Shown here in pieces: positions 40,787 to 52,384 of a stretch of DNA of 64,000 nucleotides. Location: assembly GCA_037441675.1 (NCBI GenBank), contig JBBIRS010000004.1, forward strand, positions 30,607 through 94,606, in the 5' to 3' direction. Under the pieces are notes generated by a model that was not told the origin of the DNA, made no database searches, and saw only the letters and a list, made by a program, of their open reading frames with translations. A program made the position numbers and the translations under genes. The stretch comes from Planctomycetales bacterium (lineage in GTDB: Bacteria; 4484-113). Each line of letters starts with the position of its first letter. Positions within the stretch are counted from its first letter, which is position 1.

Positions 40787-42581
40787 TTGAAAAAGTTAGG
40801 ACACGCAAAACTTTTCTACGTGTTCTTTATCGTGTTACTCATTGTGAGCTCAGGACCCTTATTGGCATTTACTCCTTATAATCTAGGGGTTGGAAAGGAC
40901 GAGTTTCTCAAGGCCATTCAGAGTGACTTTGCTAACATTCTTCGTTCATCATCCATTGGCATTCAGACTTACTTCATCGGACGAATGCGGGAAGCGGAGT
41001 TTTTTGCCAGAATAATGGAGAACGATGGGGATATTAGTCCAGACCACCTGAAGAGCTTACTGAAAAATAGCCTTTCCGCCTCATCTTCACCCTTTAGTTT
41101 AGGGCAAGTCGTGGATAGCAAGGGAAATGTCCTCGCAGCTTACGAAAGACCAATCAAGCAGGTTGACGGGGATAAATCTGATATAAAAGTTAATCCACCG
41201 AGCAAAGTTCAATTGTTTCGCCCGGAAAACACCCAAGGTACTCATATTTCTCAAGTTTACGAGAATTAATTTCTGAAGAATCTTGCCCTAGATATTTCAG
41301 CTCCGATTCTTACGCCCGACAGAACGCAATTTTACCTTGTGTTGACTTTGATACCACAGCAGTTTCTTCATCTTCTTATGGCGGAGAATCTGACGATATT
41401 AACGTAACACTTCTTGACGAAGCGGGAAACTTTATCGTCAAGGAAGGTTTTGTTCCCAAAATGGTGATGCCCTATGGTGACAAGTATCAATTGGCATCTT
41501 TTAAGGAAAAGGTGAATGGTAGTTTACAGCCGGTTACTGTTGGAACAGCTAGGTTCAGTCCTAAAATGTTTCAGGGTTTGAGCTCGCCTAAAGGGACAAT
41601 TCTTGTTACTATTCCTGAGGAGGTCGTCGCGGAGCGCATAGAATCATTGATGCGGTCAAACTTCTTCCTTCTCGTGCTAAACTTTCTGGTAGTAGCTATG
41701 GTTTCAGCGCTACTTTCTAGATTTGTCACATATCCTATAGGACGTCTCACAGAAGTTGCAAATGAAGTTAGCACACGTAACTACAACATTGTAATTTCAA
41801 AGCGAGTACCTGCAGGTTATGACGAGGTAGAGAAGATAGCTAATGCATTTGAGCATATGCTCACTAACATAAACGCTCATCACCTTGAAATTGTTAGAAC
41901 GCGTGATGCCATGACCTTCGGGCTTGTCACCATCGTTGAGTTTAGGGATCCTGAAACAGGTCACCATGTGGAAAGATTGGCACATTACTGTAGGGAACTA
42001 GCAGAATTTCTAAGGAGAGATAGATAATCAGATGAGATTAATGAAGCCTTCCTTGATGACATCTTCCGCGCTGCTCCGCTACATGATGTTGGAAAAGTTG
42101 CAATTCCTGATTCAATTCTGCTAAAGCCAGCACCCTTATCAAAAAGTGAGTTCGATATTATGTGAAAACCCATACTTTTCTTGGCGCTAAAGCAATTGAT
42201 GCTCTTATAAAAAGGTTGCCTGAGGTTTCATTTCTGCATATGGCTAAGGATATAGCGGAATTTCATCATGAATGGTGGAACGGAGAGGGCTACCCTCATG
42301 GCAAGAGTAGATACGATATTCCTTTGCCCGCTAGAATCCTAAGCCTTGCTGATTTTTATGATGCCTTGTCATTTCCAAGAGTCTACAGATTGGAAGTCCT
42401 TAAACATGATGAGATTTTGAAGTTAATTGAAGGAAGAAGAGGAACGCATTTTGACCCGATAATCGTAGCTAACTTTTTCAAAATACACTCTGAATTTGAA
42501 AAGATACGTAACAAGTATAGTGAGGAAGGAATAATTGGGGAAAGACCACAAATCAAGCAAATAATAATTAGTGACAACTAG
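40787..42581 (+). pseudogene. Sensor-HAMP-HD-GYP phosphodiesterase, disrupted
   Basis: TM-periplasmic-TM-HAMP, RDPETGHHVER, LHDVGK, HHEWWNGEGYP; stops at 41267 and 42025; frameshifts ~41370 and ~42161. Confidence 0.85.
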
Positions 42582-43558
42582 CCTTGGGGATTACCTCGAA
42601 TCTTCAAGAGTTCGCGCTTGAGAAGGGGAATTACTTCGTAAAGGTCGCCAACAATTCCGTAGTCAGCTATCTTGAATATAGGAGCGGTTGGGTTGTTATT
42701 GATGGCTACAATACACTTGCTGGTTCGCATTCCTGCTAGATGTTGAATTGCGCCTGAGATACCGCAAGCTATATAGAGAGATGGATTAACAGTCTTTCCC
42801 GTTTGCCCCACTTGGTGAGAGTGATCAATCCAACCAGAATCCACCACCGCACGGGAAGCTCCAACCGCCGCGCCAACAGCCTTAGCAAAATCAAACAAAA
42901 CGTCAAATCCCTTAGGATCACCAAGCCCTCGGCCGCCACTAATAATTATGTCAGCTTCTTTCAGGTCAACCATCCCTACGGGCTTAGCGATTATTTCTTT
43001 TACTATGGCACGCGCAGAGGAAAAATTTACCTCCCTAGTATCCACATTAACTTCTGAGACAGATTGCACATCCGCGTTGAAAATGTTAGGTCTAACGGTA
43101 ATTACAGAGGGACTCGGAGAAGTAAAAACAAACTCGCTAATAATTTTTCCAGCATACAATGGTTTGGTGAAGATAAATCCTCCATTTTGTTTTCTTAGCC
43201 CAGTAATATCGTTTAGGTAGCCAATACCCAAAGTAGCGGACAAGCGCGCGGATAAATCCCTCCCCATAGGAGTTTGTCCAAAGAGGATGAAATCAGGCTT
43301 TTCCATCTCAATGAGCTTGACAAGTTCTAAGGCTATTACTTCGCAAGCATAAATGCCATGCTGGGCGGTGAAACTGAAGATGCGGGAGGCACCTAATCCA
43401 TTAATCCCTTCTGGAATACTTGCACTCGGCGAAAAGAAAATACCGCAGACTTCTTCACCTAGTTGGCGAGCGACATTAGCAAGCTCATAGGATATCTTTT
43501 TAAGTTCACCATCTTTCGCCTCAATAAAAAAGAATATCTTTCCCATTTTAGTTCCCAC
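42578..43558 (-). CDS. etfA: Electron transfer flavoprotein alpha subunit
   Basis: SGGRG, GASRAVVD, QVGQTGK, YIACGISGAIQHLAGM. Confidence 0.96.
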   Translation of the reverse strand: MGTKMGKIFFFIEAKDGELKKISYELANVARQLGEEVCGIFFSPSASIPEGINGLGASRIFSFTAQHGIYACEVIALELVKLIEMEKPDFILFGQTPMGRDLSARLSATLGIGYLNDITGLRKQNGGFIFTKPLYAGKIISEFVFTSPSPSVITVRPNIFNADVQSVSEVNVDTREVNFSSARAIVKEIIAKPVGMVDLKEADIIISGGRGLGDPKGFDVLFDFAKAVGAAVGASRAVVDSGWIDHSHQVGQTGKTVNPSLYIACGISGAIQHLAGMRTSKCIVAINNNPTAPIFKIADYGIVGDLYEVIPLLKRELLKIRGNPQG

Positions 43559-43561
43559 TCT

Positions 43562-44353
43562 TTATATAACTTTTGCCTCTTCGTGTAGGGCTTTCACAAG
43601 CCCCACTACTTTTTCTTCAATAGTTTCTCCTTCAATGATTCTCCCAGGCTTTCGCTCCGGTGGCTCTGAAAGACTCACTATTTTCACTTTTGAGAGGAAA
43701 GAACCTAGAGTATCTTGCGAGAGTCCGATTTCCATAAACGAAAGTTGTTTTAGCGGTTTTTTCTTTGCACCCATAATTCCCTTAAGAGAAGCGTAACGAG
43801 GTTCGTTTAATCCCTTCTCCGCTGTGACTACTGCGGGAAGCTTGCCCTCGTATAATAAATCGCCTTCATCGGATTCTGAGAAAGCGCGGAAAGTTCCTTC
43901 AGCGAAATTTGGCTCAAATTTCTTCACCACTCCTACATGTGGAAGCCCAAGCTCTACCGATAACGCAATGCCAGTCAACCCCCAGTCATAATCTACTCCC
44001 TGCTTGCCAGCAAAAATAATCTGAGGAGAAATTGGATTTATCACATTTGCTAGAACCTTGGCAATCGCGTGAGGGTCTAAATTCTCTATTGATAGTTCCG
44101 TCACTAGGATTGCTTCATCTGCACCAAGAGCTAGGCAATTCAAAAGATTCTTAGTGGCGCTTTCCCTTCCCACCATAACAACGTAAACGAAGACATCGTT
44201 CTTAGCGTCTTTTATCCTTAATGCTTCTTCCAATGCGTAATCGTCAAATGGGTTTATGACATAGCCAACACCGCCAAAGTCAATTTCCCCATCTTTAACA
44301 CTTAATCTGGCTTCTGTGTCAGGGACTTCCTTGACAATTACCGCAATATTCAT
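43562..44353 (-). CDS. etfB: Electron transfer flavoprotein beta subunit
   Basis: VKEVPDT, NPFDDYALEEA, NEPRYASLKGIM. Confidence 0.96.
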   Translation of the reverse strand: MNIAVIVKEVPDTEARLSVKDGEIDFGGVGYVINPFDDYALEEALRIKDAKNDVFVYVVMVGRESATKNLLNCLALGADEAILVTELSIENLDPHAIAKVLANVINPISPQIIFAGKQGVDYDWGLTGIALSVELGLPHVGVVKKFEPNFAEGTFRAFSESDEGDLLYEGKLPAVVTAEKGLNEPRYASLKGIMGAKKKPLKQLSFMEIGLSQDTLGSFLSKVKIVSLSEPPERKPGRIIEGETIEEKVVGLVKALHEEAKVI

Positions 44354-44470
44354 CAGTTCACCTCTAATTATTCCAATTAGTGAAAAAGAAAGACTTCTAG
44401 TCTCCCAGAAAGCCTACACACAATCCTCTAAGAGTAATCAGAGATATTCTCTTCCGCGGTGTATTAGAGA

Positions 44471-44488
44471 TTGTATCAAATTTCACAA
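44471..44488. promoter_or_regulatory. Rex/CRP-like operator upstream of etfBA
   Basis: TTGTATCAAATTTCACAA; perfect right half-site. Confidence 0.4.
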
Positions 44489-44669
44489 GCTCAAAGCAAA
44501 CACTTAACGCAAAATGGTAAACAATCTAAAGAGTCAAGGACTTTACCCATGAATAATTTACTAATTTACCAATTTATAAATTCACTGAAGTTTATAAATT
44601 CATTGTTGAATTGGCTCGTCTTAACCACTGATAATGAACACGCCTTTCCTTTTGATGCACTTTAATCAA

Positions 44670-45545
44670 TTATCCCATAAGCTCTTCAACAAGCCTAAGG
44701 AAATGGTTTTTTTCATCTTCTACTTTTTCCAATGTAAATGCTCCAAAGGTTCCATCATTTGCCAGATTAAGTATCTTCGTAGCTACGTCTATACAAAGTG
44801 CATCCTTGTATTTCTGGCCAAATGTAGCCTTACCAATGAAAGTTAAAAGCTCATCTGCATGCATATCTTTTACCTTTTCTGTAACGCCGAAATAGCAGTA
44901 AAACTTTTTCCAGTTCTTATCTGTAAAAGAACTGATAATGGAATTCACCGCATCTACAATAACATCTTCTTCGGGAAGAAGAACGTTTATAGCAGTAAGC
45001 TTCGCACTATTCTGCCTGACACGCGCATATTCCCGATATATTCCCCGCGTATCAAGCAAGTCAACACCGTCAAGAATTCTGACCCACTGATAACCGCGAG
45101 TAATGCCGGGTCTATCCCCTGTTCGCACTTTCCGTTTACCCACGAGAAGATTGATGACGGTAGATTTTCCAACATTGGGCATACCTAGAATAACTATTCT
45201 TAAGACGCATTCTTTAATTCCCCGTGCTTTTCGGGAAAGTTTCTTATCCTTGTAATTAGCTAAGAGTATTGATTTCAAGTTTGCAATTGCGTGCTTGTCA
45301 TTCTTTGATAGTGTAGTAGAGGAAAGCTTGGCACTTTCAAATAGCGAAATCCATTTCTTTGTTTCCAAAGGGTCCGCAAGGTCAGCCTTATTCAAGAGAA
45401 AAAGTGCTCTGGCTGAAAGCCCTTTTTCAACACTAAAGGTTGAGTAGGGAGCGCGCGCATCAAGAACGTAAATTGCTAGATCAAGGTATTTAGTTATCTC
45501 AGGTGGGAAAATAGGTTTTTGTTGCATCAACTTCACTCGCTTCAT
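44670..45545 (-). CDS. rbgA: Ribosome biogenesis GTPase (YlqF/RbgA family)
   Basis: Circularly permuted order: LDARAP, NKADL, GMPNVGKS, PGITR, LLDTRG. Confidence 0.85.
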   Translation of the reverse strand: MKRVKLMQQKPIFPPEITKYLDLAIYVLDARAPYSTFSVEKGLSARALFLLNKADLADPLETKKWISLFESAKLSSTTLSKNDKHAIANLKSILLANYKDKKLSRKARGIKECVLRIVILGMPNVGKSTVINLLVGKRKVRTGDRPGITRGYQWVRILDGVDLLDTRGIYREYARVRQNSAKLTAINVLLPEEDVIVDAVNSIISSFTDKNWKKFYCYFGVTEKVKDMHADELLTFIGKATFGQKYKDALCIDVATKILNLANDGTFGAFTLEKVEDEKNHFLRLVEELMG

Positions 45546-45874
45546 TTTATCAGCGAATAGGTCTTCTTGGATATTGCGGAACTTTGTTAGAGCGGAATTT
45601 TGACAAAATTCAACCTACAACTTAGCTTCCCTAAATACTTCTCTAAGTGTGCAATAGTATAACGGGCTATATTCATCTTGTGAATGAACCGAACGTATTT
45701 GTATGTGAGAAAAGAAGTTGCTTTAAGCTATTACTTTCTCTAACCATAGAGGATAATTCTTTTCTCACAACACCTTCATAGCGGTTTTCATCTTCTCTTG
45801 AAGTTGGAAAGATGTTCCATCAAGATGATACAAATAATTTACATTAAAGCACATTGGTCAGGAAATTTTATTTC

Positions 45875-46918
45875 TTAATTCGGAGGGAGTGCACAGCTAG
45901 TGAAGGTGAAGGCGTAGGCTTCAGTGCCCGGAGTGAGAAAACGCAATTCCAGAGAGTGCAATCGGACGTCTGGGTTTTTCACTAGATTGTACATCTGCGG
46001 AACTCCAACTTCCACAACGGAAAAACCGTTGATGAGTTTAATATGTTCTCCCATTATTTCAGGGGTAAGTGCTTTGCCATCCTGATAGACTTCGACTAAT
46101 CCCAAAGTCCGCTTCTCTCCCGCTATAGCGGATGAACCTTCTTCCACCTTTAAATCAGATGGAGCATCTTCCGGGGGATGCATCACTAAATTTACTTCAT
46201 AACCCTGATAGTTTAAGAATAGCCTTCCGTAAGGCTTTTCTTTTCCACCAACATACCTAACGCCATAGGCAAGTACTGTGAACCACCCATCCAAGTAGAA
46301 AATATGGTCTATGATAGCCCTATCGGCATGAAAGTTGAACGACCTAACCGGTGTCCATCCTTCTTGATTACCAATCCTTCCCCTCTCATACCCCAGGTAA
46401 AGCTCCGGAGTTACCGGATAACATACAGCACCGGGAACGTCTGTATCCTTTATAGGTTCAACTGTGGGAAGCAAATTCAAGGAAGGCGTAATCTCTTTTA
46501 ACAGAGCTTGGATTGTCCTTTCAGTTTCTTGATACTCCCCCTCGCCAAAATGGTAGTAGCGGAGCCTTCGGTTAGCGTCAAATATATACTTGGCGGGCCA
46601 GTAAGAATTACCAAAACTTCGCCAAATAGCAAAGTTGTTATCAAGAACAATGGGATATGACAGCTCAAAGCTCTTAACCGCTCTTTCCACATTCTCAATT
46701 TCTTTTGCGAAGGGAAATTCTGGAGAGTGCACGCCGATAATGAGTAAACCATAGTCCTTATAGCGCCTATGCCATTCCTTTATGTAGGGAAGCGTCCTGA
46801 TGCAATTGACGCAGGTGTAATCCCAGAAATCAACTAGGACTACTTTACCTTTCAAGTCAGAATCGGTCAATGGGCGGCTATTAAGCCATGCGGTTCCCTT
46901 TATTGATGGTAGGTTCAT
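45875..46918 (-). CDS. DipZ-like redoxin (TlpA domain + DipZ C-terminal domain)
   Basis: WLNS, VLVDFWDYTCVNCIRTLP, GVHSPEF, HFGEG, TPELYLG, AYAFTF; likely start MNLPS at 46918, frame open up to 47149. Confidence 0.88.
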   Translation of the reverse strand: MNLPSIKGTAWLNSRPLTDSDLKGKVVLVDFWDYTCVNCIRTLPYIKEWHRRYKDYGLLIIGVHSPEFPFAKEIENVERAVKSFELSYPIVLDNNFAIWRSFGNSYWPAKYIFDANRRLRYYHFGEGEYQETERTIQALLKEITPSLNLLPTVEPIKDTDVPGAVCYPVTPELYLGYERGRIGNQEGWTPVRSFNFHADRAIIDHIFYLDGWFTVLAYGVRYVGGKEKPYGRLFLNYQGYEVNLVMHPPEDAPSDLKVEEGSSAIAGEKRTLGLVEVYQDGKALTPEIMGEHIKLINGFSVVEVGVPQMYNLVKNPDVRLHSLELRFLTPGTEAYAFTFTSCALPPN

Positions 46919-46922
46919 AATC

Positions 46923-46951
46923 TTGCCTCTCGTAGAGGATGTTGATATAAT
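46923..46951 (+). promoter_or_regulatory. Sigma70-type promoter of tRNA-Gly
   Basis: TTGCCT-N17-TATAAT with TG extension, ending 39 nt before the tRNA. Confidence 0.6.
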
Positions 46952-46989
46952 TGATGCGAGAGACTCACGGGGTTTGCCCCACTCTTGTT

Positions 46990-47065
46990 GCGGTAATAGC
47001 TCAACCGGCAGAGCGTCAGCTTCCCAAGCTGAAGGTTGCGGGTTCGAGACCCGTTTACCGCTCCA
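46990..47065 (+). tRNA. tRNA-Gly(CCC)
   Basis: 76-nt cloverleaf: acceptor GCGGTAA/TTACCGC, D arm GCTC/GAGC, anticodon arm TCAGC-TTCCCAA-GCTGA, T loop TTCGAGA, discriminator T, encoded CCA. Confidence 0.97.
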
Positions 47066-47250
47066 TCTAACTGCGTAAACCACCGTAAAGAACAGAAACG
47101 AAACTGCAAGAAGAGTTAGTCCTGCGAAAATGAGAGCTGGTCTCTTCATCTACTCTGAATACCCCTCTGACCTGAGCGATAACCTAATGCAAACGAAAAC
47201 TTCCTGCGAAAGTTAACTTTTGAGCTTATCATCCTAGTCATCTCCTCACA

Positions 47251-48130
47251 CTAGGTGTAAAGCAATTGTCGTACTTGCGAAAAACTGCGAGTAATTAGAA
47301 TGACGATCTGATTGGGCATGAAGTAATGCCATTTTCTATCTGGGGATAATTCTAGAATTCCAAGCGTGATAAAATCGCTAAGGTGTTTCCAGCGTCCCTC
47401 TTCCAGGAACCTTGTGAGTGGTCTTGTTCGTGACATCCGAGGGCTCACCGCACGGCGGATACGACACAGTCTGATCGCAGGCACTTAATAGCCTTAGCTT
47501 GTTAGAAAAAAATCTGCTGTTCATCCTCTCGCTCATGGCAGTTGGAAGACCCTCACTGAATGGGCGGTTGGTTCCGATACGAAAAGCTTTTGTTGAGAGG
47601 CGCGTAAGCTGTCCACAAGTTAGAACCTCTAATAGGATGAATCTCCTCACCCTGCGCGTTTGCCAGGTTCACTTTCAGCAATGCTCCAGGACCATTTTGC
47701 CCACCGCCAACATAGATTCCCTCGTCAATCCCAATTACGTATCCCGCAATGTTAGTGGTCTCTATCGCGCGAGGGTATCTGCCCGGAAGTTGCTTTGATA
47801 CGCTCTGTCGTCTAAGAAGGTCAAAAATCAGAATATCGCCACGCCAACCATCGCCCACAGCGGATGCTTAGTATCGGGTTACCACCACTTTACCGTTCTT
47901 CTAAACGGCATCTGAAACATTGTTGAGCCCATCATACGTTCCAACTAGCACAAGCGTCTGCTTGTAGTGTAGCCGAATCTTCCCATTTCCATTACTCACA
48001 ACAGCTACAAGATTTCCGTTTAGCTCAGGCACGCAGGCAAGTGGCATATCTCCACTAATCTCATGAATCTGATTCACGGTCAAACTGCTTCCGTTCCAGG
48101 TTAACTGATGTGCGACGCTGATGTCCTTTT
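47251..48130 (-). pseudogene. Decayed beta-rich protein
   Basis: ORFs 47901-48083 and 47553-47858 share a frame and are separated by TAG and TAA stops. Confidence 0.45.
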
Positions 48131-48266
48131 CCCCGCATATTCCTTTGCCTCAGCTTCGCTTACCAGTAGTCCTTGCTTAGAGGAATCATCTTGTGACACC
48201 TTCATCACTGCTAAAAGAAATACGATTATCGTGAACGATAATACTAGCAGAGAATAAATACTTTTC

Positions 48267-49394
48267 TTAATCATACTTCTTCACCAATTCTATTACTTTT
48301 CCTTCTTTGAGTTTCAAGAGAAGAATAATCCCGTCCGGCGCACCATCCGGCCGAATTTCACCGTTGAGAGTTTCAAGAATGTCAAGCCCAAATAATTTTT
48401 CTTTCACACCGCTTATGCGGTCGACCTCATACAGTGGTCCAGAAGCATAAAACCACAGCCATGCCTCTTGAGGCGCTACTTCAATCGCTTCAATGTAGTC
48501 CCCTCGCTGAAAACCGAAATGACCGAATATTGCCAATGGCCATTGGCTGCCGCATATCCCTGCAGCTACAAGTAAAACCCAGACTCCATCAGGGAAAACA
48601 TTCAGTCCTGTCTCCGACGTCATCTCCTCTTTAATCGCTTCATGTGCCCTACCTAGTTGGGCGGAGATTAAGCCTTCATTGGAGTTGCGATTTACACCCC
48701 TGGCAAGGAAAAGCGGCTCTTGCCTAGGATCTCTTCCCCCCTGTTACCATAGAAAGATAGTTTTTACCAAAGTGAGATTCTACATAGTTCCCACTCACTC
48801 CTTCAAATCCGTTCTTTTGGTTCTTGTCTTCAGACCTTTCAACTAGCGCTCTCTTCCGCTAGGATAATCTTCACACGTTTTTTCAAGTGTAATACTATCG
48901 GTTCGTTCGGCGCTGACGCCATATTCACCATCCACTTATCGGCCCCTCGCATATCTGCTGTCACTACTCTCGGCTCCTTTGCGCTTACACTTAGCAGAAA
49001 CCGCCGTGGTTAAAAATCGAGGTAACTACCTTCCATTAGGGGTATCACTCAATGAAAGCTCTTTTAGCCTCGTTTTGTCGCTACCTATCAATTAGGGAGG
49101 GTATTCCTAGTGTTCTACAAAGTACTTGTTCAGGGCTACTAAGATTGTTTTAGCTCGCCTATCTACAAAAATGCGGTAATAAACATGCCACCATAGCGGC
49201 GAGAAAAGCTCGTTTGGCGCTACACCTGCGCGTATCACACCCCAGAGAGAGAACACGACAGCTATGAAAAGTATAGATACTACCCCCAAGATAGCTTTAT
49301 TCCTCTTCCCATTTTCTATAAAGGGGACATTCTTTCGTAGTCTACTACGGGCTATTGGTTTGCTCGAAATCAACCACCGTTTGCAATAGACCAC
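48267..49394 (-). pseudogene. Decayed pseudopilin-like protein, copy 1
   Basis: TM then ILVALNKYFVEH*EYPP*LIG; C-terminus GLDILETLNGEIRPDGAPDGIILLLKLKEGKVIE; similar to 53845-55096. Confidence 0.5.
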
Positions 49395-49970
49395 CGGAAA
49401 CCTTTTCCTTTGCTCTCGGATACGGATAAGTTAGATTTTGGGTTCTCCACTAAGAAGTCCTATGTTTAAGCGTCCAATGATTTGAGTGTTCTCTTAACTC
49501 TAAGATATTAAACCTGCTACCATCCCCGTTTCGGTCGTCGAATAAGTGTGCATAAAAATAATAAGCCCAAACCTTCGCAGTGAAAGCCCTTACTTTCGTC
49601 TGATAGGTTATGTAGACCTTGGTATTGAATTTCGTCCAGAATGTTTCACCATATGCTTCACAACCGTCAATGAAGACCATATTGCTCATCAGCGGTGCTC
49701 ATCAGCGGAAAGTCAGACTCCCTCTGCTGGTCTGCTGTGTGGTATGTCCCTCATAATGGAAGACGGGTAAGAATAAGACAGCCGACCAATAAATTAAGTG
49801 AAACGCCCCATCACACATCTCCCCATCACAAAATTCCCATAGAAAATGAGAATAAGTTGTTTAATCATTTCATTCTCAAAACTTGATGGTTTGGAGAAAT
49901 TACACCATATAAGAATAATTTTCAAAACTTCAATACGGAGAATTTATCAATAGTGGGCAGATACTCGCTC

Positions 49971-50615
49971 TTAGTACTCGCCTTCCTCTCCACCCCTATA
50001 TAGGCGATGCTTCTGAATGTAGACTGTGACCTGGGTAGGAGTGAGGTATCTGATGGGAAAACCCTTCCGAACCCGGTCACGAATATCGCTTGAGGAAATG
50101 GCAAGCGCTGGAACTGTGATGAAGTAAACCCTCAAGCCAAGAGGCTCAATTGCCTTCAAGAATGCATCGTAATTGGGATTGTAGTATGGTCTACTAACAG
50201 CAATGACTTCGCAGTAAGCGGGAAATTCTTCAATACCGTGCCACTCGGGCATCGTGAAAACAGCATCGGCTCCGGTGATGAAGTAAAGCTTGAAGCCATG
50301 GCTATACACGGACTTGAAATGCTTTAGTGTTTCAATCGTGTAAACTGGTCTTCCCTGATCAATTTCGTAGCTACTCACATAAAAGTCAGGATTGGTAGAA
50401 GTTGCAAGCTCAATCATCGCCAATCTATGAAACCCGCTGGCTAATTCATAGTCCTCGCCCCTTGCGCTTTTAATCGGATTCTTATAAGCTGGAACAAAAA
50501 CTATCCGCTCAAGATTAAATTTGCAGAGAGCTTCCTGCGCGGCAACTAAGTGCCCATGATGGATGGGGTTAAATGACCCGCCCATAATGCCAATGCCCTT
50601 TAAGGATGTCTCCAC
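49971..50615 (-). CDS. nadD: Nicotinate-nucleotide adenylyltransferase
   Basis: MGGSFNPIHHGHL, YTIETL, FITGADA, ISSSDIR. Confidence 0.96.
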   Translation of the reverse strand: METSLKGIGIMGGSFNPIHHGHLVAAQEALCKFNLERIVFVPAYKNPIKSARGEDYELASGFHRLAMIELATSTNPDFYVSSYEIDQGRPVYTIETLKHFKSVYSHGFKLYFITGADAVFTMPEWHGIEEFPAYCEVIAVSRPYYNPNYDAFLKAIEPLGLRVYFITVPALAISSSDIRDRVRKGFPIRYLTPTQVTVYIQKHRLYRGGEEGEY

Positions 50616-50740
50616 CTCTTCTATTCTACCAGTTAGAAGAAAAATTACCCTAGAGCTAGAGATTGATTCACCAATAACTAATATTGGGAATATACTTAAG
50701 AAAGTGCTTGTAGAAATTGTTAGTGATACACTAATGCTAA

Positions 50741-52384
50741 ATGAAAGCTCTCGCTCAGAGAATTAAAGCTCTTACTGATGAGCTCGTGAGAATGAACTCA
50801 ATTAGTTACGCAGGACAGCGTGAAACCGCTGACTTTCTCTACGAATATCTGAGAGGTTCTAAATACTTTAGTAACAAAAAGACCAACCTAATAAAAATTC
50901 AGACTGGGCTTCCGGATAATCCTTACTCAATATTAGCTTTTTACGAATCACCGAAACAACTTCGTGAAACGATAATCCTCTGTGGACATATTGACACGGT
51001 TGGAATAGCGGAGTATGGAGAGCAGGGCGCAATCGCATTCAATCAGGAAGAGCTTATCCCGTGGCTTAAGGAAAGATTCCCATCCGATGCGGAGCTAATT
51101 AAGGATACTGAAAGTGGGCTCTACTATTTTGGTCGTGGTGCACTAGATATGAAGGGTGCAGTGGCAATGCTAATTGAGACCTTCCTAGCAATTTGTGAGG
51201 CAAGCGAGAAAGGGCTCAGGGAAGCGTTTCCCTGGAACGCGATTCTCCTTCTCACCTGTGATGAGGAGGGAAACGGTGCGGGTGTTCGCTCAACACTGCC
51301 ATACTTGAGCAGACTAAAAGACGAAGCAATGCTAAAGTTTCAACTCCTCATCAACGCGGATTTTGCCCATACAGGCGATAACGAACCGGTCCCAATCTTT
51401 TTCGGAACCATTGGAAAAGTGCTTCTGGGGTTAAGCGTTTTCGGAATTGAGACGCACGCAGGCGCACCTTTTGAAGGAGTAAACCCTAATGCGCTTCTTT
51501 CCTCCATAATAGCTTATTTGGAGTGTAACCCGAAACTTACTCAGCATGTAAAGGGCGAGTTTACACCACCGCCAACGGTGCTTTCAATTAAAGGTTCTCA
51601 GGATGTGTATAGTGTAAAGACGCTATCTGAAGCGCACGCGTATGTAAATTTATTTTTTATGCACCCGCAGGCTGATAAGCTGATGAACAAAGTTGTCAAT
51701 GAAGTGCGCACCGCTTGCAAGCTTCATTTGCGTTCTCTGAAAAAGCGCCACCAATCTTTCCTCGCGAAGAAATACGAGAAGATTAAGCACGAATTGCACT
51801 CACCTGAATTAATTACTTTCCATGCGTTACTAAAAAGGTTGATTGACAAGTTTGGGAGAGATGACCTTTCAAAGATTATCGCAGGTCAATATCGTTACGA
51901 TTATCATGCTTTTTGGGATTCAACTGTACACTCTATTGTAGAAAAGGTGAAAACGAATAGAGCTATGGTTGTAGTATCGTTTATCCCACCTTTTTATGCG
52001 CCATACGCAATGCGATTAGACCCAAAAATGAATAAGGTTTTCGAGCACTTGAGAGAGTTCGCACGAAGATACAAAGGCGAGAAACTTCAAATTCGTCAGT
52101 TTTATCCCTTTATATCAGATATGAGTTTTCTTCATCCTCTGAAAACTCAAAGAGCTTGGGAATTTCTTCAGCAGATGCCAATACCTGATGAATTTCTCGC
52201 TGAATGTGGAGAGGAAAAATTCTCTAATAAGCTTAGCATCCCTACAATTAATATCGGTCCAATCGGCAAGGGAGCCCATTCAGTAAAGGAGCGTGTAAAC
52301 CTTCCGTTCCTAACGGAGAAGCTGCCTCGCATTTACATTGATATGGTCTCCCACCTGACAGGAACAATAGTTAACATCATATAA
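50741..52384 (+). CDS. rocB: M20-family metallo-hydrolase (RocB-like)
   Basis: GHIDTV, GRGALDMKG, DEE, GTIGK, ETHAG, FISDMS, GKGAH. Confidence 0.8.
   Translation: MKALAQRIKALTDELVRMNSISYAGQRETADFLYEYLRGSKYFSNKKTNLIKIQTGLPDNPYSILAFYESPKQLRETIILCGHIDTVGIAEYGEQGAIAFNQEELIPWLKERFPSDAELIKDTESGLYYFGRGALDMKGAVAMLIETFLAICEASEKGLREAFPWNAILLLTCDEEGNGAGVRSTLPYLSRLKDEAMLKFQLLINADFAHTGDNEPVPIFFGTIGKVLLGLSVFGIETHAGAPFEGVNPNALLSSIIAYLECNPKLTQHVKGEFTPPPTVLSIKGSQDVYSVKTLSEAHAYVNLFFMHPQADKLMNKVVNEVRTACKLHLRSLKKRHQSFLAKKYEKIKHELHSPELITFHALLKRLIDKFGRDDLSKIIAGQYRYDYHAFWDSTVHSIVEKVKTNRAMVVVSFIPPFYAPYAMRLDPKMNKVFEHLREFARRYKGEKLQIRQFYPFISDMSFLHPLKTQRAWEFLQQMPIPDEFLAECGEEKFSNKLSIPTINIGPIGKGAHSVKERVNLPFLTEKLPRIYIDMVSHLTGTIVNII

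Noticed and set aside
44573..44605. Direct repeat TTTATAAATTCA(C/T)TG x2 upstream of etfB
   Set aside because: Only two AT-rich copies; cannot be assigned a function
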